DNA of 64,000 nucleotides from IMG/VR virus record IMGVR_UViG_3300046791_000587, positions 7,108 to 71,107 of that record; one strand, given 5' to 3'. Made by a program: the position numbers and the translations under genes. Source of the stretch: a virus. Of this stretch, positions 1-9,803 are shown one piece after another. The notes under the pieces were generated by a model. That model was given only the letters and a program-made list of their open reading frames with translations. It was not told the origin of the DNA and did not search any database. Position 1 is the first letter of the stretch. Every line of letters begins with the position of its first letter.

Positions 1-78
1 CGCGACGATGTCGCACTCCTGCAACGTGTAGGATTCGCTTCATCGGATCTGGATTGGGAAGGTCCGTTTGGCTGGGCC

Positions 79-360
79 TTGCAGCAGACCGGAGGGATGT
101 GTGCCGCCCTGGTGTTCTCTACCGAGGGCCGCGAGGTTGTGGTGACAGCGATGGATGGGATGTTTTTGGTGGGCGAGTATGAGCGTGCCAAGGATTCCGA
201 GGAGTCGTGGGCGACGCCGCTCCACACGTGGGAATCGGCGCACTTCTACCGCGATCATGTAATGTGCGGCCCCGACGAGGTGACCCATCTCGTGATGGAG
301 TGCACACGAAAGGCGATTGACATGGTGCGCAACCCCGCGCCCGTACCGGGTTGCGCGTAG
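79..360 (+). CDS. hypothetical protein
   Basis: ORF abutting the next ORF (TAG 358-360, ATG 361); true start may be ATG 97. Confidence 0.5.
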   Translation: MQQTGGMCAALVFSTEGREVVVTAMDGMFLVGEYERAKDSEESWATPLHTWESAHFYRDHVMCGPDEVTHLVMECTRKAIDMVRNPAPVPGCA

Positions 361-747
361 ATGACGGCTGAACACGAAGCGGGGGCGGGCGCCAAGTGTG
401 CAGAGGGCCCCGACGGGTTCTGTCTCACCTGTGGCGTGGAGATGACGGTGTGTAACGTTTGCCACGGGATCGGCTACCACCTCGATAGCTGTACCGCGTT
501 CGAGGCCGAGATTGCGGCCGTGGCGACCATGATGGACGGCGACACGATCGCGCGGGCGGTACGCCGAGGGAAGGATGGGATCACCGCTGACATCGCAGCT
601 GGGGTAGTTCCTGCGGTGAGGTCATTCGCAGAACTTCACAACTACGTTGACGCTAACGAGTACCTGGATTCCACCGGGCTGGAGAATAGCGCCGAGATCC
701 AGCGCCAACTCGATGCATGGATGCGATCCGGTCGGAGGGAGCCGTGA
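361..747 (+). CDS. hypothetical protein with N-terminal Cys cluster
   Basis: CxxC..CxxC..C motifs; coupled to the following ORF by TGATG overlap. Confidence 0.55.
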   Translation: MTAEHEAGAGAKCAEGPDGFCLTCGVEMTVCNVCHGIGYHLDSCTAFEAEIAAVATMMDGDTIARAVRRGKDGITADIAAGVVPAVRSFAELHNYVDANEYLDSTGLENSAEIQRQLDAWMRSGRREP

Positions 748-1034
748 TGGGAGGGGCGATCCGATCCTGCCGGATCGCATGGGCCTTCGCCCAGCGCCGC
801 GCCGGGGTATACGTCAGGGACGCTAGCGCCTACATGGAGTGCTCTCACGTCCACGAGCGGAGGTCGCACGCGGTCGCTCTCAAGTCCCACGCTGGCAGAC
901 AGCGTGCATTGGCATCGCTCACCGAGTACGTTCGCAAGCTGTAGCTTGCCGCTGTCCAGCTCGCGCCGATCCTGCATCGGTGCGGCGATACAGACGCCAA
1001 CCACGAGCCCCTTGGGGGCCAAAGGAGTTGACTC

Positions 1035-1337
1035 ATGGGTTCCGAGACGACAACCGACAAGACAGGCCCAGCCTTCAAGCCGTGCGATCTGAAGCGTTAC
1101 GATGAGATGCTCGAGGTGCTTCCGCCGCTGGAGTGGGTGCGCAAAGGGTTTCTGGTGGGCGAGCCGTGGTCGCATCGCGCCTGCGTGATCACCGGGAAGG
1201 TTCTCCCCACGTACCAGGCCATGGTGTGTCAGAGCGCGCTCAATGGCCGGTACTTCGAGAGCACCAGCGGGCTCACCGTCCCTGAGTGGAACGCGCTGGA
1301 TCCGATCTCGCTCACGTTCGCGCGTCAGGGGGCCTAA
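1035..1337 (+). CDS. DUF1419-like mobile-element protein
   Basis: YDEMLEVLPP...GFLVGEPxxH motif; SD AAGGAG upstream. Confidence 0.55.
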   Translation: MGSETTTDKTGPAFKPCDLKRYDEMLEVLPPLEWVRKGFLVGEPWSHRACVITGKVLPTYQAMVCQSALNGRYFESTSGLTVPEWNALDPISLTFARQGA

Positions 1338-1341
1338 TCCT

Positions 1342-2292
1342 ATGCTCACTCTCGCCAACCTCGAATCCGACATCCCGCTCGATCTGGCGCAGCGCGCGCA
1401 CGCTGGCACCTCGTTTGTGCCCGAGAACCGCGGTGCCTCGGAGCGCTCAGGTTATGCCGCGACCCTGATCGGCGACTACTCCAGTCTGGAGAAGTACGCA
1501 ACCACGGACGAGAAACGCGCAACCCTCGACGAGGAGTTCACGCGTTACCGCGAGGGCTACCGCTCGCGTTACTTGGCCCACCTCACCGCACGCTCACGCT
1601 GCATGTCCACGATGATCACGGGCGGCAGTAATTTTCCGACTCGTCGCAACGCCAAGCGTAACGATGTCGCGGACAAGCGGACTACCGAACTCGTCGAGTA
1701 TCGCGAGCGAGCGCTCACCGCGATCCGCAAGGCACTGCAGCCGGAGCTGCGGCCGGTGATGGCGGGTGACAGCGACGCAACCACGCGTCTCTTGGAGAAG
1801 ATCACGAAAGCCGAGGATATTCAGGCGCGTATGAGGGCATGCAACGCCGCGATCCGCAAGCACGCCAAGGCCAGCCCTGACGCTCAGATCGCCGTACTGG
1901 TCGGACTCGGTCTTACCGAGACTCGCGCCCGGGATCTGCTGCAACCGGACTTCGCCGGGCGGATCGGCTTTGCCGACTACGAGTTGACCAATAACAACGC
2001 CAACATCCGCCGTATGAAGGTCCGCCTCACGCAGATCGCACGAGATCAGGCAACTGAGACAACCGAGATCACGGGCGAGAGTGCCCGGCTCGAGGATAGT
2101 CCGGCGGACAACCGCGTCAGGCTTTACTTCCCTGGCAAGCCGGACGTGGAAGTCCGAGATCGACTCAAGAGCGCAGGGTTCCGCTGGACGCCATCCTTGG
2201 GTTGCTGGCAAGCCTACCGCAACCACAACTCGCTCGCGGTCGCGCGCCGCGAGGCTGGCGATCCGGAACCGGCCCTCGCAGGGGTGGAGTAG
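1342..2292 (+). CDS. conserved phage/plasmid protein (SxMITGxSNFP motif; C-terminal LKxxGFRWxP module)
   Basis: Motifs recalled from phage/plasmid polyvalent-type proteins; ATG 1342 in the frame of ORF 1243-2292. Confidence 0.6.
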   Translation: MLTLANLESDIPLDLAQRAHAGTSFVPENRGASERSGYAATLIGDYSSLEKYATTDEKRATLDEEFTRYREGYRSRYLAHLTARSRCMSTMITGGSNFPTRRNAKRNDVADKRTTELVEYRERALTAIRKALQPELRPVMAGDSDATTRLLEKITKAEDIQARMRACNAAIRKHAKASPDAQIAVLVGLGLTETRARDLLQPDFAGRIGFADYELTNNNANIRRMKVRLTQIARDQATETTEITGESARLEDSPADNRVRLYFPGKPDVEVRDRLKSAGFRWTPSLGCWQAYRNHNSLAVARREAGDPEPALAGVE

Positions 2293-2296
2293 GTCC

Positions 2297-3067
2297 ATGT
2301 CCGCCCACCCCACATGGAAATGCCTCACGTGCCACCGAACGGGCACCGACGATGTTCCGCCCCGCTGCCCCTCGTGCAACTCGGAAAGCGACGAGCGACA
2401 CGGCCCGATTGCCCTGACGGTGCACGTCACCGATCAATGCACGCTCAGGCTGGCGGTGAACGTGACAGCGGAAAGCCGCGAGGCAATCCTCCGCAGGATG
2501 GCCCGGATCCGCCCATCCAAGCCGCACCGGGACCGCCCGGTCGACTACGTCAAGGCTCTCGAGCTCGCGGAGGAGCGTGGCGAGGTGGCACTCGCGGAGC
2601 GACAGATCGATCCCAGCGCGACGCCCGATGATAAGGCGAGGTGCATCGTTCGCATCTACTACCGCTCCATCGGAGGCGAGATCCTGGCCTGTGATTCGGC
2701 GCCGCTCAGCGTGTCCGCCGCGAACGCCCTCGCGCGTGACATGGACGATGCAACGTCATGGGCCCTTGGCACCGAGCGGTATCGCGCCGGCGATGTCGGC
2801 CGGGCCCCGCTACGGGCGGGCGTGAGGCTCGTCACCCTGCCGTCCCAGGTGCGAGATCCGGTCATGGTGGTTGACCCGGGAGCGCCCGAGGTGTGCGAGG
2901 CCCCACCCCCGATGCCGGAGGCGCCACCCGCACCCATCCTGACACTGTGCGAGGCTCCGCATGCGCCGCCCGCACCGCGCCAGATATTCAACACCTACTA
3001 CCATGAGGCGATGGTCAAGCGCACGGCTCGGTTCCAGGCCATGCACCGCCGTTCCATCGCAGCCTGA
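2297..3067 (+). CDS. hypothetical protein with N-terminal Zn ribbon
   Basis: CLTC...CPSC immediately after ATG 2297; Pro-rich C-terminus. Confidence 0.5.
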   Translation: MSAHPTWKCLTCHRTGTDDVPPRCPSCNSESDERHGPIALTVHVTDQCTLRLAVNVTAESREAILRRMARIRPSKPHRDRPVDYVKALELAEERGEVALAERQIDPSATPDDKARCIVRIYYRSIGGEILACDSAPLSVSAANALARDMDDATSWALGTERYRAGDVGRAPLRAGVRLVTLPSQVRDPVMVVDPGAPEVCEAPPPMPEAPPAPILTLCEAPHAPPAPRQIFNTYYHEAMVKRTARFQAMHRRSIAA

Positions 3068-3238
3068 GCGTCCTCTGTGGGCACGTGCTCTGCACGTGCC
3101 CATGTGGGACCGCTTAGCGCGCGCCCTGATCGATCACCCCGATCGCAAGCGCTGAACATCCTCTGGCGGCACGTAGGCCTGCGTACGTGCCGCTGTGGGA
3201 CCGCTCAGCCCTGCCCTGCCACTCTCATGGAGATCTCG

Positions 3239-3943
3239 ATGACCCCCACCAATCGCTACCACGCTGACATCACCTTTCACTTGCGCCTCATGGTCGAGTC
3301 CACCGATTTGGGGGCGGCGCACGAGGCCGCCAAGCGAGCAGCCCTGCGGCGCCCTGGCGTCCGCCCGGAGCATGTGGCCAGCATCAGCGTCACCCAGATG
3401 TCGCCGGTGGAGCAGCTCGAGGTCGCCAACCGCAACGCCTGGCAAGAGCAGTTGGCGCTCCGGGACCGCGGGTCCTCCGATCAACGCGCCCGATGGTGCT
3501 CGTATCTCCTGCCGGAGGACGAGATTCTCAACATCGCCCGCGAGGAGTTGTTCCGGCCGTTCGGGCTGCTCACGAAGCGGCGGCAGATGGTGTTTGCGGA
3601 CATCGGCCACCCCAAGGACGTCAGAGGGATCTGGACATGCCTGAAGGTGCCCATCGGGGGCCCGCAGGTCACGCGCACCCTGGCGGATCTGGTCGACTGG
3701 AAGACCTCCCCCAACCCGCCGCTCACCGGCGGCGAGCACCGCACGCTCCTTCGCATCCAGGCGGCGACCGCCGAGGTCGGGCGGCACCCCTGGATGCGAG
3801 GATCGAGCAACGAAGCGGTGTCCGTAGAGGTGCGCGAGCATACGGGGACCTGCAAGAAGTGCCAGAAGAGCACGTTCGAGCGGTCCGCCCTGGTCACCGT
3901 GCAGTGGGCGGGCAGGAACCTGAGCCGGGAGTACGTGCTGTGA
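3239..3943 (+). CDS. hypothetical protein, C-terminal CKKC
   Basis: GGAG then ATG 3239; GC3-biased ORF. Confidence 0.55.
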   Translation: MTPTNRYHADITFHLRLMVESTDLGAAHEAAKRAALRRPGVRPEHVASISVTQMSPVEQLEVANRNAWQEQLALRDRGSSDQRARWCSYLLPEDEILNIAREELFRPFGLLTKRRQMVFADIGHPKDVRGIWTCLKVPIGGPQVTRTLADLVDWKTSPNPPLTGGEHRTLLRIQAATAEVGRHPWMRGSSNEAVSVEVREHTGTCKKCQKSTFERSALVTVQWAGRNLSREYVL

Positions 3944-3973
3944 GCGACCTGAGCGACATCGTGATGATCAAGC

Positions 3974-4003
3974 GCTAACCCGCGCCGCGCTAACCCGCGC
4001 CGC
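3974..4003. repeat. exact 15-bp tandem duplication (GCTAACCCGCGCCGC)x2
   Basis: Read directly from intergenic sequence. Confidence 0.9.
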
Positions 4004-4059
4004 ACTTCGCTCCACCTCACCGCCGCTGGTACCGTTCTACATTTCTCCACCGAGGTTGT

Positions 4060-4473
4060 ATGAGAACACGCACCGTCTCCGTTCCCCTCCTCTACGATGA
4101 TGATACGGTCGTCGTAGAAGAAGAGCCCGTCATCGAAGGGCCCACGCTGGTCCAGCCCGGGACCATGGTCGGCGTCCCGGTCCAGATCGACCGCCAGTTC
4201 ACCCAGGACTACGATCTGACGCTGCGAACTCCGGCAGAGTCGCGCTTTTTTGTGCGGGCGGGGTTCGAGGCCGGTGCGCCGACCGACGTGATCGCTGACT
4301 CGATCGCGGCCGGCGTGGATTGGGTGGTGGGCGCGGCCTGGCTGGCGCGCGATAGTAACTGGCGCCTCATGGTCAACCTGTCGGACCCCGATGTGCCCAT
4401 CGACCGGCGGATCGCGGCCTGGACCTTTGGAAACCTGACCGGTCAGCCCATCAAGGAGGCGAGTCGTGGATGA
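4060..4473 (+). CDS. hypothetical protein
   Basis: GAGG upstream; overlaps the next ORF. Confidence 0.55.
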   Translation: MRTRTVSVPLLYDDDTVVVEEEPVIEGPTLVQPGTMVGVPVQIDRQFTQDYDLTLRTPAESRFFVRAGFEAGAPTDVIADSIAAGVDWVVGAAWLARDSNWRLMVNLSDPDVPIDRRIAAWTFGNLTGQPIKEASRG

Positions 4474-4687
4474 TGCCCTGACACCGCTTCCGCTACCTGC
4501 CGAGGTCGTGGAGCTCGCCGCGCAGGCCGAGCTGGGTCAGATCTCCTGGGAATCGGTGGCCATGCATGAGAAGGCCCACCTAGGCCTCGTCACCTACCCG
4601 ACCTACGCTCGCATGGCCCCCGTGGAGCGGGCGCGCGTGGGCGCCATCAACCAGTCCACGGCGCGCCGCAAGTTGGGGCTGCCATGA
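4466..4687 (+). CDS. hypothetical protein
   Basis: Coupled ORF with SD AAGGAGG. Confidence 0.45.
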   Translation: MDDALTPLPLPAEVVELAAQAELGQISWESVAMHEKAHLGLVTYPTYARMAPVERARVGAINQSTARRKLGLP

Positions 4688-5106
4688 CCGACGATCGTCT
4701 CAAGCAAGCCCTGGCGGATCTGGGCATCGATCTCGAGCCACGCCGGGGATGGGAGGGGCGTGTTCTGGTAGCCGTGGGGGTGCCATGGTGGGAGCGCCTC
4801 GTGATACGGATCGTGTCGGCGCTGGAGAGTTCGATCTGGCGTGCACGCGACCTCACCTCACGCCTGAAGGAGTTCATCATGACCAGACATCCCAAGAAGT
4901 TGCCCGCCGTGGACGCCAAACCTCCCTCGAGCATCATCCTGTCCATGACCTGTGACCGCCCCTGCATGACGGAGCGCGGGTTGCTCGTCCAGCCCGGCAC
5001 CAAGGTCACCTACATGGGCCACCTCGGCGGCCAGGCCATCAGGGTGCGGATGGAAGACGGCTCGGAAGAGGTCGTCCACCCGCATTGCTTCCCGGAGTTG
5101 CGGTGA
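4684..5106 (+). CDS. hypothetical protein, C-terminal SH3-like beta region
   Basis: ATGA overlap; possible internal start at MTRHPKK (AAGGAG upstream). Confidence 0.45.
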   Translation: MTDDRLKQALADLGIDLEPRRGWEGRVLVAVGVPWWERLVIRIVSALESSIWRARDLTSRLKEFIMTRHPKKLPAVDAKPPSSIILSMTCDRPCMTERGLLVQPGTKVTYMGHLGGQAIRVRMEDGSEEVVHPHCFPELR

Positions 5107-5213
5107 CAGCGACTTCAGACAAGCAAGGCCCGCGAGAACTGGGCCGACTGGGCAAACCGGGTCGGTAACCGCGTGGTGCTCGACGTAGTCCCGCTCACCA
5201 AGGAGATCTGAAC

Positions 5214-5855
5214 ATGCGCCAACCCTACCCCCTGCAGTGGCCCGACAACTGGGACCGCACGGACCCCGAGAAGCGCGAGCGCGCGCTCTTCAGGGTCTCC
5301 CTGACCGAGGGAATCCAGGACCTGCTGTACGAGCTCAGGCTCATGCGGGCCGAGAACGTGGTCATCACCAGCGATCTGCCCACGACCAGCAAGGGCTACC
5401 CGTATTCCGGTGGCAAGTCGGAGGATCCGGGGATCGCGGTCTGGTGTGTCATCAACGGTTCGGAACGGGTTTTCGCCTGCGATAGGTGGTCCACGCCAGC
5501 GGCCAACCTTCGAGCCATCGGCAAGACCGTGGAGGCCCTGCGAGGCCTCGCGAACTGGGGCGCGGCGGATATGGTCACCCGCGCGTTCCAGGGGTTCGCT
5601 GCGCTGCCACCAGGAGGGCAGGAGATGGCTCCAAACCCAGCCTCCAGCCGGAGGCCTTGGCAGGTGGTGCTCAACGTACCCAGGGAGACCTCGACTGGTC
5701 AGGCGCCGTCCCGCACGCAACTTCTCAACTGGGCTCGTGTGCGTCATCGCGAGGCCATCCGCACCGCTCATCCCGACGCTGGCGGCACCCACGAGCGCGC
5801 GGCCGAGCTCAACGTGGCGCTGCAAGAGGCCGAGGCCGAGTTGGGGGACGCGTAG
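5214..5855 (+). CDS. phage J-domain (DnaJ-like) protein
   Basis: N-terminal YPLQWPxxWxRT and C-terminal AHPDAGG..ELNxA J-domain; SD AAGGAG. Confidence 0.85.
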   Translation: MRQPYPLQWPDNWDRTDPEKRERALFRVSLTEGIQDLLYELRLMRAENVVITSDLPTTSKGYPYSGGKSEDPGIAVWCVINGSERVFACDRWSTPAANLRAIGKTVEALRGLANWGAADMVTRAFQGFAALPPGGQEMAPNPASSRRPWQVVLNVPRETSTGQAPSRTQLLNWARVRHREAIRTAHPDAGGTHERAAELNVALQEAEAELGDA

Positions 5856-6137
5856 ATGCCGGACCCCGCCAAGACGGTCGCTGCGACCGTTCGCTACGAG
5901 ATTCGGATCGTGTCGGGGCCGTACGCCTTCGACTTTCGGAGCCAGGCCATCACGCTTGATACCGGCGAGGACCTCGTGGTGCTCGCGCGGATGACGATGA
6001 TGGGAGCCCGCATCATGGAAGAGGCGATCGTCGGCATCGTTGGCTCCAAGTTCCGTGGCGACCCCCGGGAGTTCCTGGCGCTCCGCTCCTTCCTTGCCTC
6101 CGGCGGCGTCATCGGATTGAACAAGGAACTCCTATGA
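5856..6137 (+). CDS. hypothetical protein
   Basis: Abuts upstream stop; ATGA overlap downstream. Confidence 0.5.
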   Translation: MPDPAKTVAATVRYEIRIVSGPYAFDFRSQAITLDTGEDLVVLARMTMMGARIMEEAIVGIVGSKFRGDPREFLALRSFLASGGVIGLNKELL

Positions 6138-6946
6138 CACGACGATACGCAGGACGACCACTGACCATGGAGCAGGGCGACCGCCGCCGCGCGGTTGCAG
6201 ATCGGATGCTCAAGAGGATCGTGGATCTGGGCGGCGACGTGAGCTGGCCCGTCCCGGGCTACGTCATCGACAGCGACGAGACCGACGACCACGTGACCCA
6301 CGACTACGCATTCTGCTTCGAGCATGCCGACATGGTCGCGCACGGCGACTCAATCCTGAACGGATCGGCGATGTTCGTCGTCAACGTCTCCCAGTCCGAA
6401 GCCGACCACGAGGAGTGGTGCGCGTTCCATGGCTGCAGCGTTGCGCTCAACACCGGGAGCCCGACCGACAACTGGATCGACAGCGCCCTGGGGCTGACCG
6501 AAGAGAATCCCTACGCAGTCAGCGTCACGCCGTACGAACTCGCGCGCTCCGCCTGCAGCATGCTGATCGACGACAAGCGATGGATCGTCTGGATGCGCCA
6601 AGCCAAGCGCGTGGCGATCGAGATGCGACGCAAGCGCCGCGGAGTGGGTAGGGCTGCAGCGATGCTTGCCCTTGCGCTCACCGCCTGCACCGCCATCGCC
6701 ACCCCCATGCCCCGCACCGAGGCCTGCCAGGAGCAGGCTGACGCCTGGTGTGGCGTCCTGGACCCAGGTCGGCCGGCTACCGCTTCAGGGTGCGGGATCG
6801 TCTACCGGCACTGGTGCGGTGCGGGCGGTGAGGTGTCGCCGGACGCCCAGGACGTCTGCCTCCAGGCCCTCGGCGACATGAAGCCCGACCCGCTCACCGG
6901 GTACGCCGTGCCGCGCGCCTGTCAGGCCACATGGGCGGTACCCTGA
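6134..6946 (+). CDS. hypothetical protein with an in-frame C-terminal lipoprotein-like Cys-rich segment
   Basis: Internal MRRKRR...LALALTAC (lipobox-like) from ATG 6623, followed by spaced Cys. Confidence 0.55.
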   Translation: MTRRYAGRPLTMEQGDRRRAVADRMLKRIVDLGGDVSWPVPGYVIDSDETDDHVTHDYAFCFEHADMVAHGDSILNGSAMFVVNVSQSEADHEEWCAFHGCSVALNTGSPTDNWIDSALGLTEENPYAVSVTPYELARSACSMLIDDKRWIVWMRQAKRVAIEMRRKRRGVGRAAAMLALALTACTAIATPMPRTEACQEQADAWCGVLDPGRPATASGCGIVYRHWCGAGGEVSPDAQDVCLQALGDMKPDPLTGYAVPRACQATWAVP

Positions 6947-6948
6947 CC

Positions 6949-7140
6949 ATGGCTCGACGGTCAGCGAAATACCGACGCAGAGAGCATTTGCGTCGGTACC
7001 TATCCCCCAAGGAGCGGCGCGAGTTCGTGTGTAACAACAAGGTCACGTTCGTCTCGCGTGATCAAGCGCTGGAGAAGCAACCCTCTCAGTCCGCATACCT
7101 CTGCAAAGTGTGCGGCTGGTGGCACCTCTCCAGTCGATGA
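6949..7140 (+). CDS. small Zn-binding protein
   Basis: C..K..F.S...A...YxCxxCGxWHL pattern. Confidence 0.55.
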   Translation: MARRSAKYRRREHLRRYLSPKERREFVCNNKVTFVSRDQALEKQPSQSAYLCKVCGWWHLSSR

Positions 7141-8234
7141 GCGCCCTCTACAACGAGAACGACCCCTTCGCGGCCAACTGGCTGGAGAGTCTTATCACCC
7201 ATGGCCACATCGCCCCCGGACGAGTCGACCGCCGTTCCATCGCCGACCTCACACCCGCAGACGTCACTGGACCTGGACAGCGGCACTTCTTCGCGGGCAT
7301 CGGCGGATGGTCGCATGCCCTGCGACTCGCCGGCATCCCCGACACCGCCGACGTCTGGACCGGCTCGTGTCCCTGCCAGCCGTTCAGCGACGCGGGCCAG
7401 GGGCAAGGAGTTCTCGACCCTCGACATCTTTGGCCAGCATGGTTCGCACTCATCCAGGAGTGTCGCCCTCCAATCATCTTTGGAGAGCAGGTTGCGAGCA
7501 AGGATGGCCTCGGGTGGCTCGACGTTGTTTTCGCTGACCTGGAACGATGCGGTTACACCGTCGGGGCGGCGGATCTGTGCGCTGCGGGCGTCGGCGCGCC
7601 GCACGCCAGACAGCGGCTGTACTTCGTGGCCTACGCCGACCGTGTCCCGCGGGGACTACTCGTACGCCCACGGGAACCACGAGACGCCAACGCTCAAGCT
7701 GGCAGGGGCGGCGAAGACCGCAGCGTGGCCGACGCCGCTGGCCAGCGATGGCACGGCGAGCCGGGAGACCTTCCACCACGGACCGAGCAACCCAACCCTG
7801 CTGGGGGCGGCACGGACAGCGGCATGGCCAACCCCGGCGGCCAGGGACTGGAAGTCCAGCGCGTCGAACATGCACGGCGAGAACGCCCGGCCCCTGAACG
7901 AGGTGGCGCGGCTGAGCCACTGGCCAACACCCGACGCGCACGCCCGCGGAACGGAGACCAAGGCGGCGGGTACGCACATCGGCGAGTCTGTGACCTCGCT
8001 ATCCCTGCAGGCGCAACTGGTGGATTCTGGGCCGGTGCCGACTGGGTGCTCTGCAGAGACCCCACCGGCGGACCGCCCGTCGCCCGGCCAGTTGAACCCG
8101 GAACTTTCGCGCTGGTTGCAGGGCTACCCGGCCGAGTGGGGCTCCTGCGGGGCTACGGAAACGCGATCGTCCCGCAGGTAGCGGCTGCGTTCATCCGTTC
8201 AGCCCTGGATGCCCTCGCCGACATCCTGCCATGA
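7137..8234 (+). CDS. phage DNA (cytosine-5) methyltransferase, main frame
   Basis: Motif I FFAGIGG, IV SCPCQPFS, VI GEQV, VIII HxRQRLYFVA, X GYGNAIVPQVA; ATGA overlap at 7137. Confidence 0.9.
   Translation: MSALYNENDPFAANWLESLITHGHIAPGRVDRRSIADLTPADVTGPGQRHFFAGIGGWSHALRLAGIPDTADVWTGSCPCQPFSDAGQGQGVLDPRHLWPAWFALIQECRPPIIFGEQVASKDGLGWLDVVFADLERCGYTVGAADLCAAGVGAPHARQRLYFVAYADRVPRGLLVRPREPRDANAQAGRGGEDRSVADAAGQRWHGEPGDLPPRTEQPNPAGGGTDSGMANPGGQGLEVQRVEHARRERPAPERGGAAEPLANTRRARPRNGDQGGGYAHRRVCDLAIPAGATGGFWAGADWVLCRDPTGGPPVARPVEPGTFALVAGLPGRVGLLRGYGNAIVPQVAAAFIRSALDALADILP
7201..8181 (+). CDS. nested alternative-frame ORF with four WPTP repeats and an LNPxxxRWLxGYP (motif IX-like) segment
   Basis: Open for 326 codons inside the MTase and carries motifs typical of the variable region of phage C5 MTases; real start uncertain. 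Confidence 0.6.
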   Translation: MATSPPDESTAVPSPTSHPQTSLDLDSGTSSRASADGRMPCDSPASPTPPTSGPARVPASRSATRARGKEFSTLDIFGQHGSHSSRSVALQSSLESRLRARMASGGSTLFSLTWNDAVTPSGRRICALRASARRTPDSGCTSWPTPTVSRGDYSYAHGNHETPTLKLAGAAKTAAWPTPLASDGTASRETFHHGPSNPTLLGAARTAAWPTPAARDWKSSASNMHGENARPLNEVARLSHWPTPDAHARGTETKAAGTHIGESVTSLSLQAQLVDSGPVPTGCSAETPPADRPSPGQLNPELSRWLQGYPAEWGSCGATETRSSRR

Positions 8235-8449
8235 GTCCTCTTGCCAGTGGAAAGCCCGATGTGCATGATGTTCAGCAACGAGATGAGGGGTGACGAGATG
8301 ATTCTGGGCCCGAGGTGGTAAGTCGCCAAAGGGTTCAGGCAATGGCAGTAGCCCGCGAAGCGGCGAACACCCCGCCGCCGACGCCAAGGATGACGACCTC
8401 CCCGAAATCGTCGTCCCTGCCCCTTTCCCCACCACCAGGAGATTGACCG

Positions 8450-9799
8450 ATGCGTAGCCACGAGTTTCTGGACCCCGATCCCAACGAGGAGCCGGACGAG
8501 CACGAACCCGAGCCGCACTACGAGGACGAGGAGCCAGTCGACCCGGATCCCGGGATCGAAGCGGACGGGGCCGATGACGACAACCTCGTCCATGACGAGG
8601 ACGCTCCGGAAGATCAGGAGGACGAGTCGGTCGTTCCTACGGCAGGGGCGCATCCCGAGGGCGGACGCGAGATCAGGTGGGTGCCCCTGGGCGATCTCCA
8701 GCTTGATCGCCGGTTCTGGACGAACCCTCGTCTGTTCACGGGGCTGGATGACGCCGACATCCAGGCGCTGGCCGATGACATCTTGGCCAAGACTGTGACC
8801 GACGAAAAGGACGTGTTCGCCGGTATCAGCGAGCCGTTGCTGGTGGTCCAGATCAAAGATGGGGATGACATCGAGCAACTCGTGCTCGACGGGCAGCGTC
8901 GCTACCTAGCGACCCAGGTGGCATATCCCGGTAAGGAGGCGGATGGCGTTCTCGTTCCTGTCGTCGACCGAGAGCCCGAGCCAGTCGAGTGGTCACAGGA
9001 GTTGGCCCAGAAGTACCTCCGCGAGGCTTTGACCGCCGTTACCCTGCGCCAAGGACTCTCGGCCTTCGAGCTCAGCGAGAGTGCCTCCCGGCTCCGCGCA
9101 GGTAACGACGAGAAGACCGGCAACGTGATGACGATCGCCAAGATCGCCACGATCATCGGTCGCTCGGAGTCGTGGGTCTCCAAAATCGTGGGCGCCCGCG
9201 CGCTCGCGAGCGCCGGGCTGCTGGAGCGCTGGCGCAAGGGAGCAATCAGCGAAGAGCAGTTCCGGGATCTGGCCACCGGCACCAAGGGCGCCGAGCAGGA
9301 CAAGGAGGCCGCGAAGGTCGCCGATGCGAGGGCCTCGGGTGACAAGGGCGGCGCCCGTCAGAGCGCCAAGGAAAAGAAGGAACTGGCGCGCCTGGCTGCG
9401 CAGGCCCAGCGACAGAAGAAGAAGGACGAAGAGGTCGCTGCAAAGCAGCGAGCCCGAGACGAGAAGGCAGCCAAGAAGGCAGCCAAGTCCGCCGGCAAGA
9501 AGGGTCCCGCGGTGAAGGGGCCGCAGGCCGAGCTCCCCATCGCCGCCGCCCCCAAGGCGCCCGAGGAGAGCAAGCCGGCCTCGAAGCCCAAGGCGATGGA
9601 TCGGGTCATCGTTGATGACATCCTCGAGATGGTGCAGAAGAAGCCCCCTACGCACGATCTGGTGCGCGGGGTCATCCTGGGCATCCAGGTGGCCGCGGGT
9701 CGGATGGACATGGAGCAACTCCCCAAGCAGTGGCACCAGTACATCCACCACGCGACCGGGACCACGCCTCCGAAGCCCAAGAAGGGCAAGAAGAAGTAG
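8450..9799 (+). CDS. ParB/Srx-like protein with HTH, acidic N-terminus and Lys/Ala-rich C-terminus
   Basis: EPLLV...VLDGQRRYLA ParB-N motif; LSAFE then IAKIATIIGRSESWVSKI HTH; SD AGGAG. Confidence 0.8.
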   Translation: MRSHEFLDPDPNEEPDEHEPEPHYEDEEPVDPDPGIEADGADDDNLVHDEDAPEDQEDESVVPTAGAHPEGGREIRWVPLGDLQLDRRFWTNPRLFTGLDDADIQALADDILAKTVTDEKDVFAGISEPLLVVQIKDGDDIEQLVLDGQRRYLATQVAYPGKEADGVLVPVVDREPEPVEWSQELAQKYLREALTAVTLRQGLSAFELSESASRLRAGNDEKTGNVMTIAKIATIIGRSESWVSKIVGARALASAGLLERWRKGAISEEQFRDLATGTKGAEQDKEAAKVADARASGDKGGARQSAKEKKELARLAAQAQRQKKKDEEVAAKQRARDEKAAKKAAKSAGKKGPAVKGPQAELPIAAAPKAPEESKPASKPKAMDRVIVDDILEMVQKKPPTHDLVRGVILGIQVAAGRMDMEQLPKQWHQYIHHATGTTPPKPKKGKKK

Positions 9800-9803
9800 C
9801 TTC

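Noticed and set aside
8450-8640. Acidic GAC/GAG repeats as a microsatellite
   Set aside because: They encode the acidic N-terminus of the ParB-like protein.
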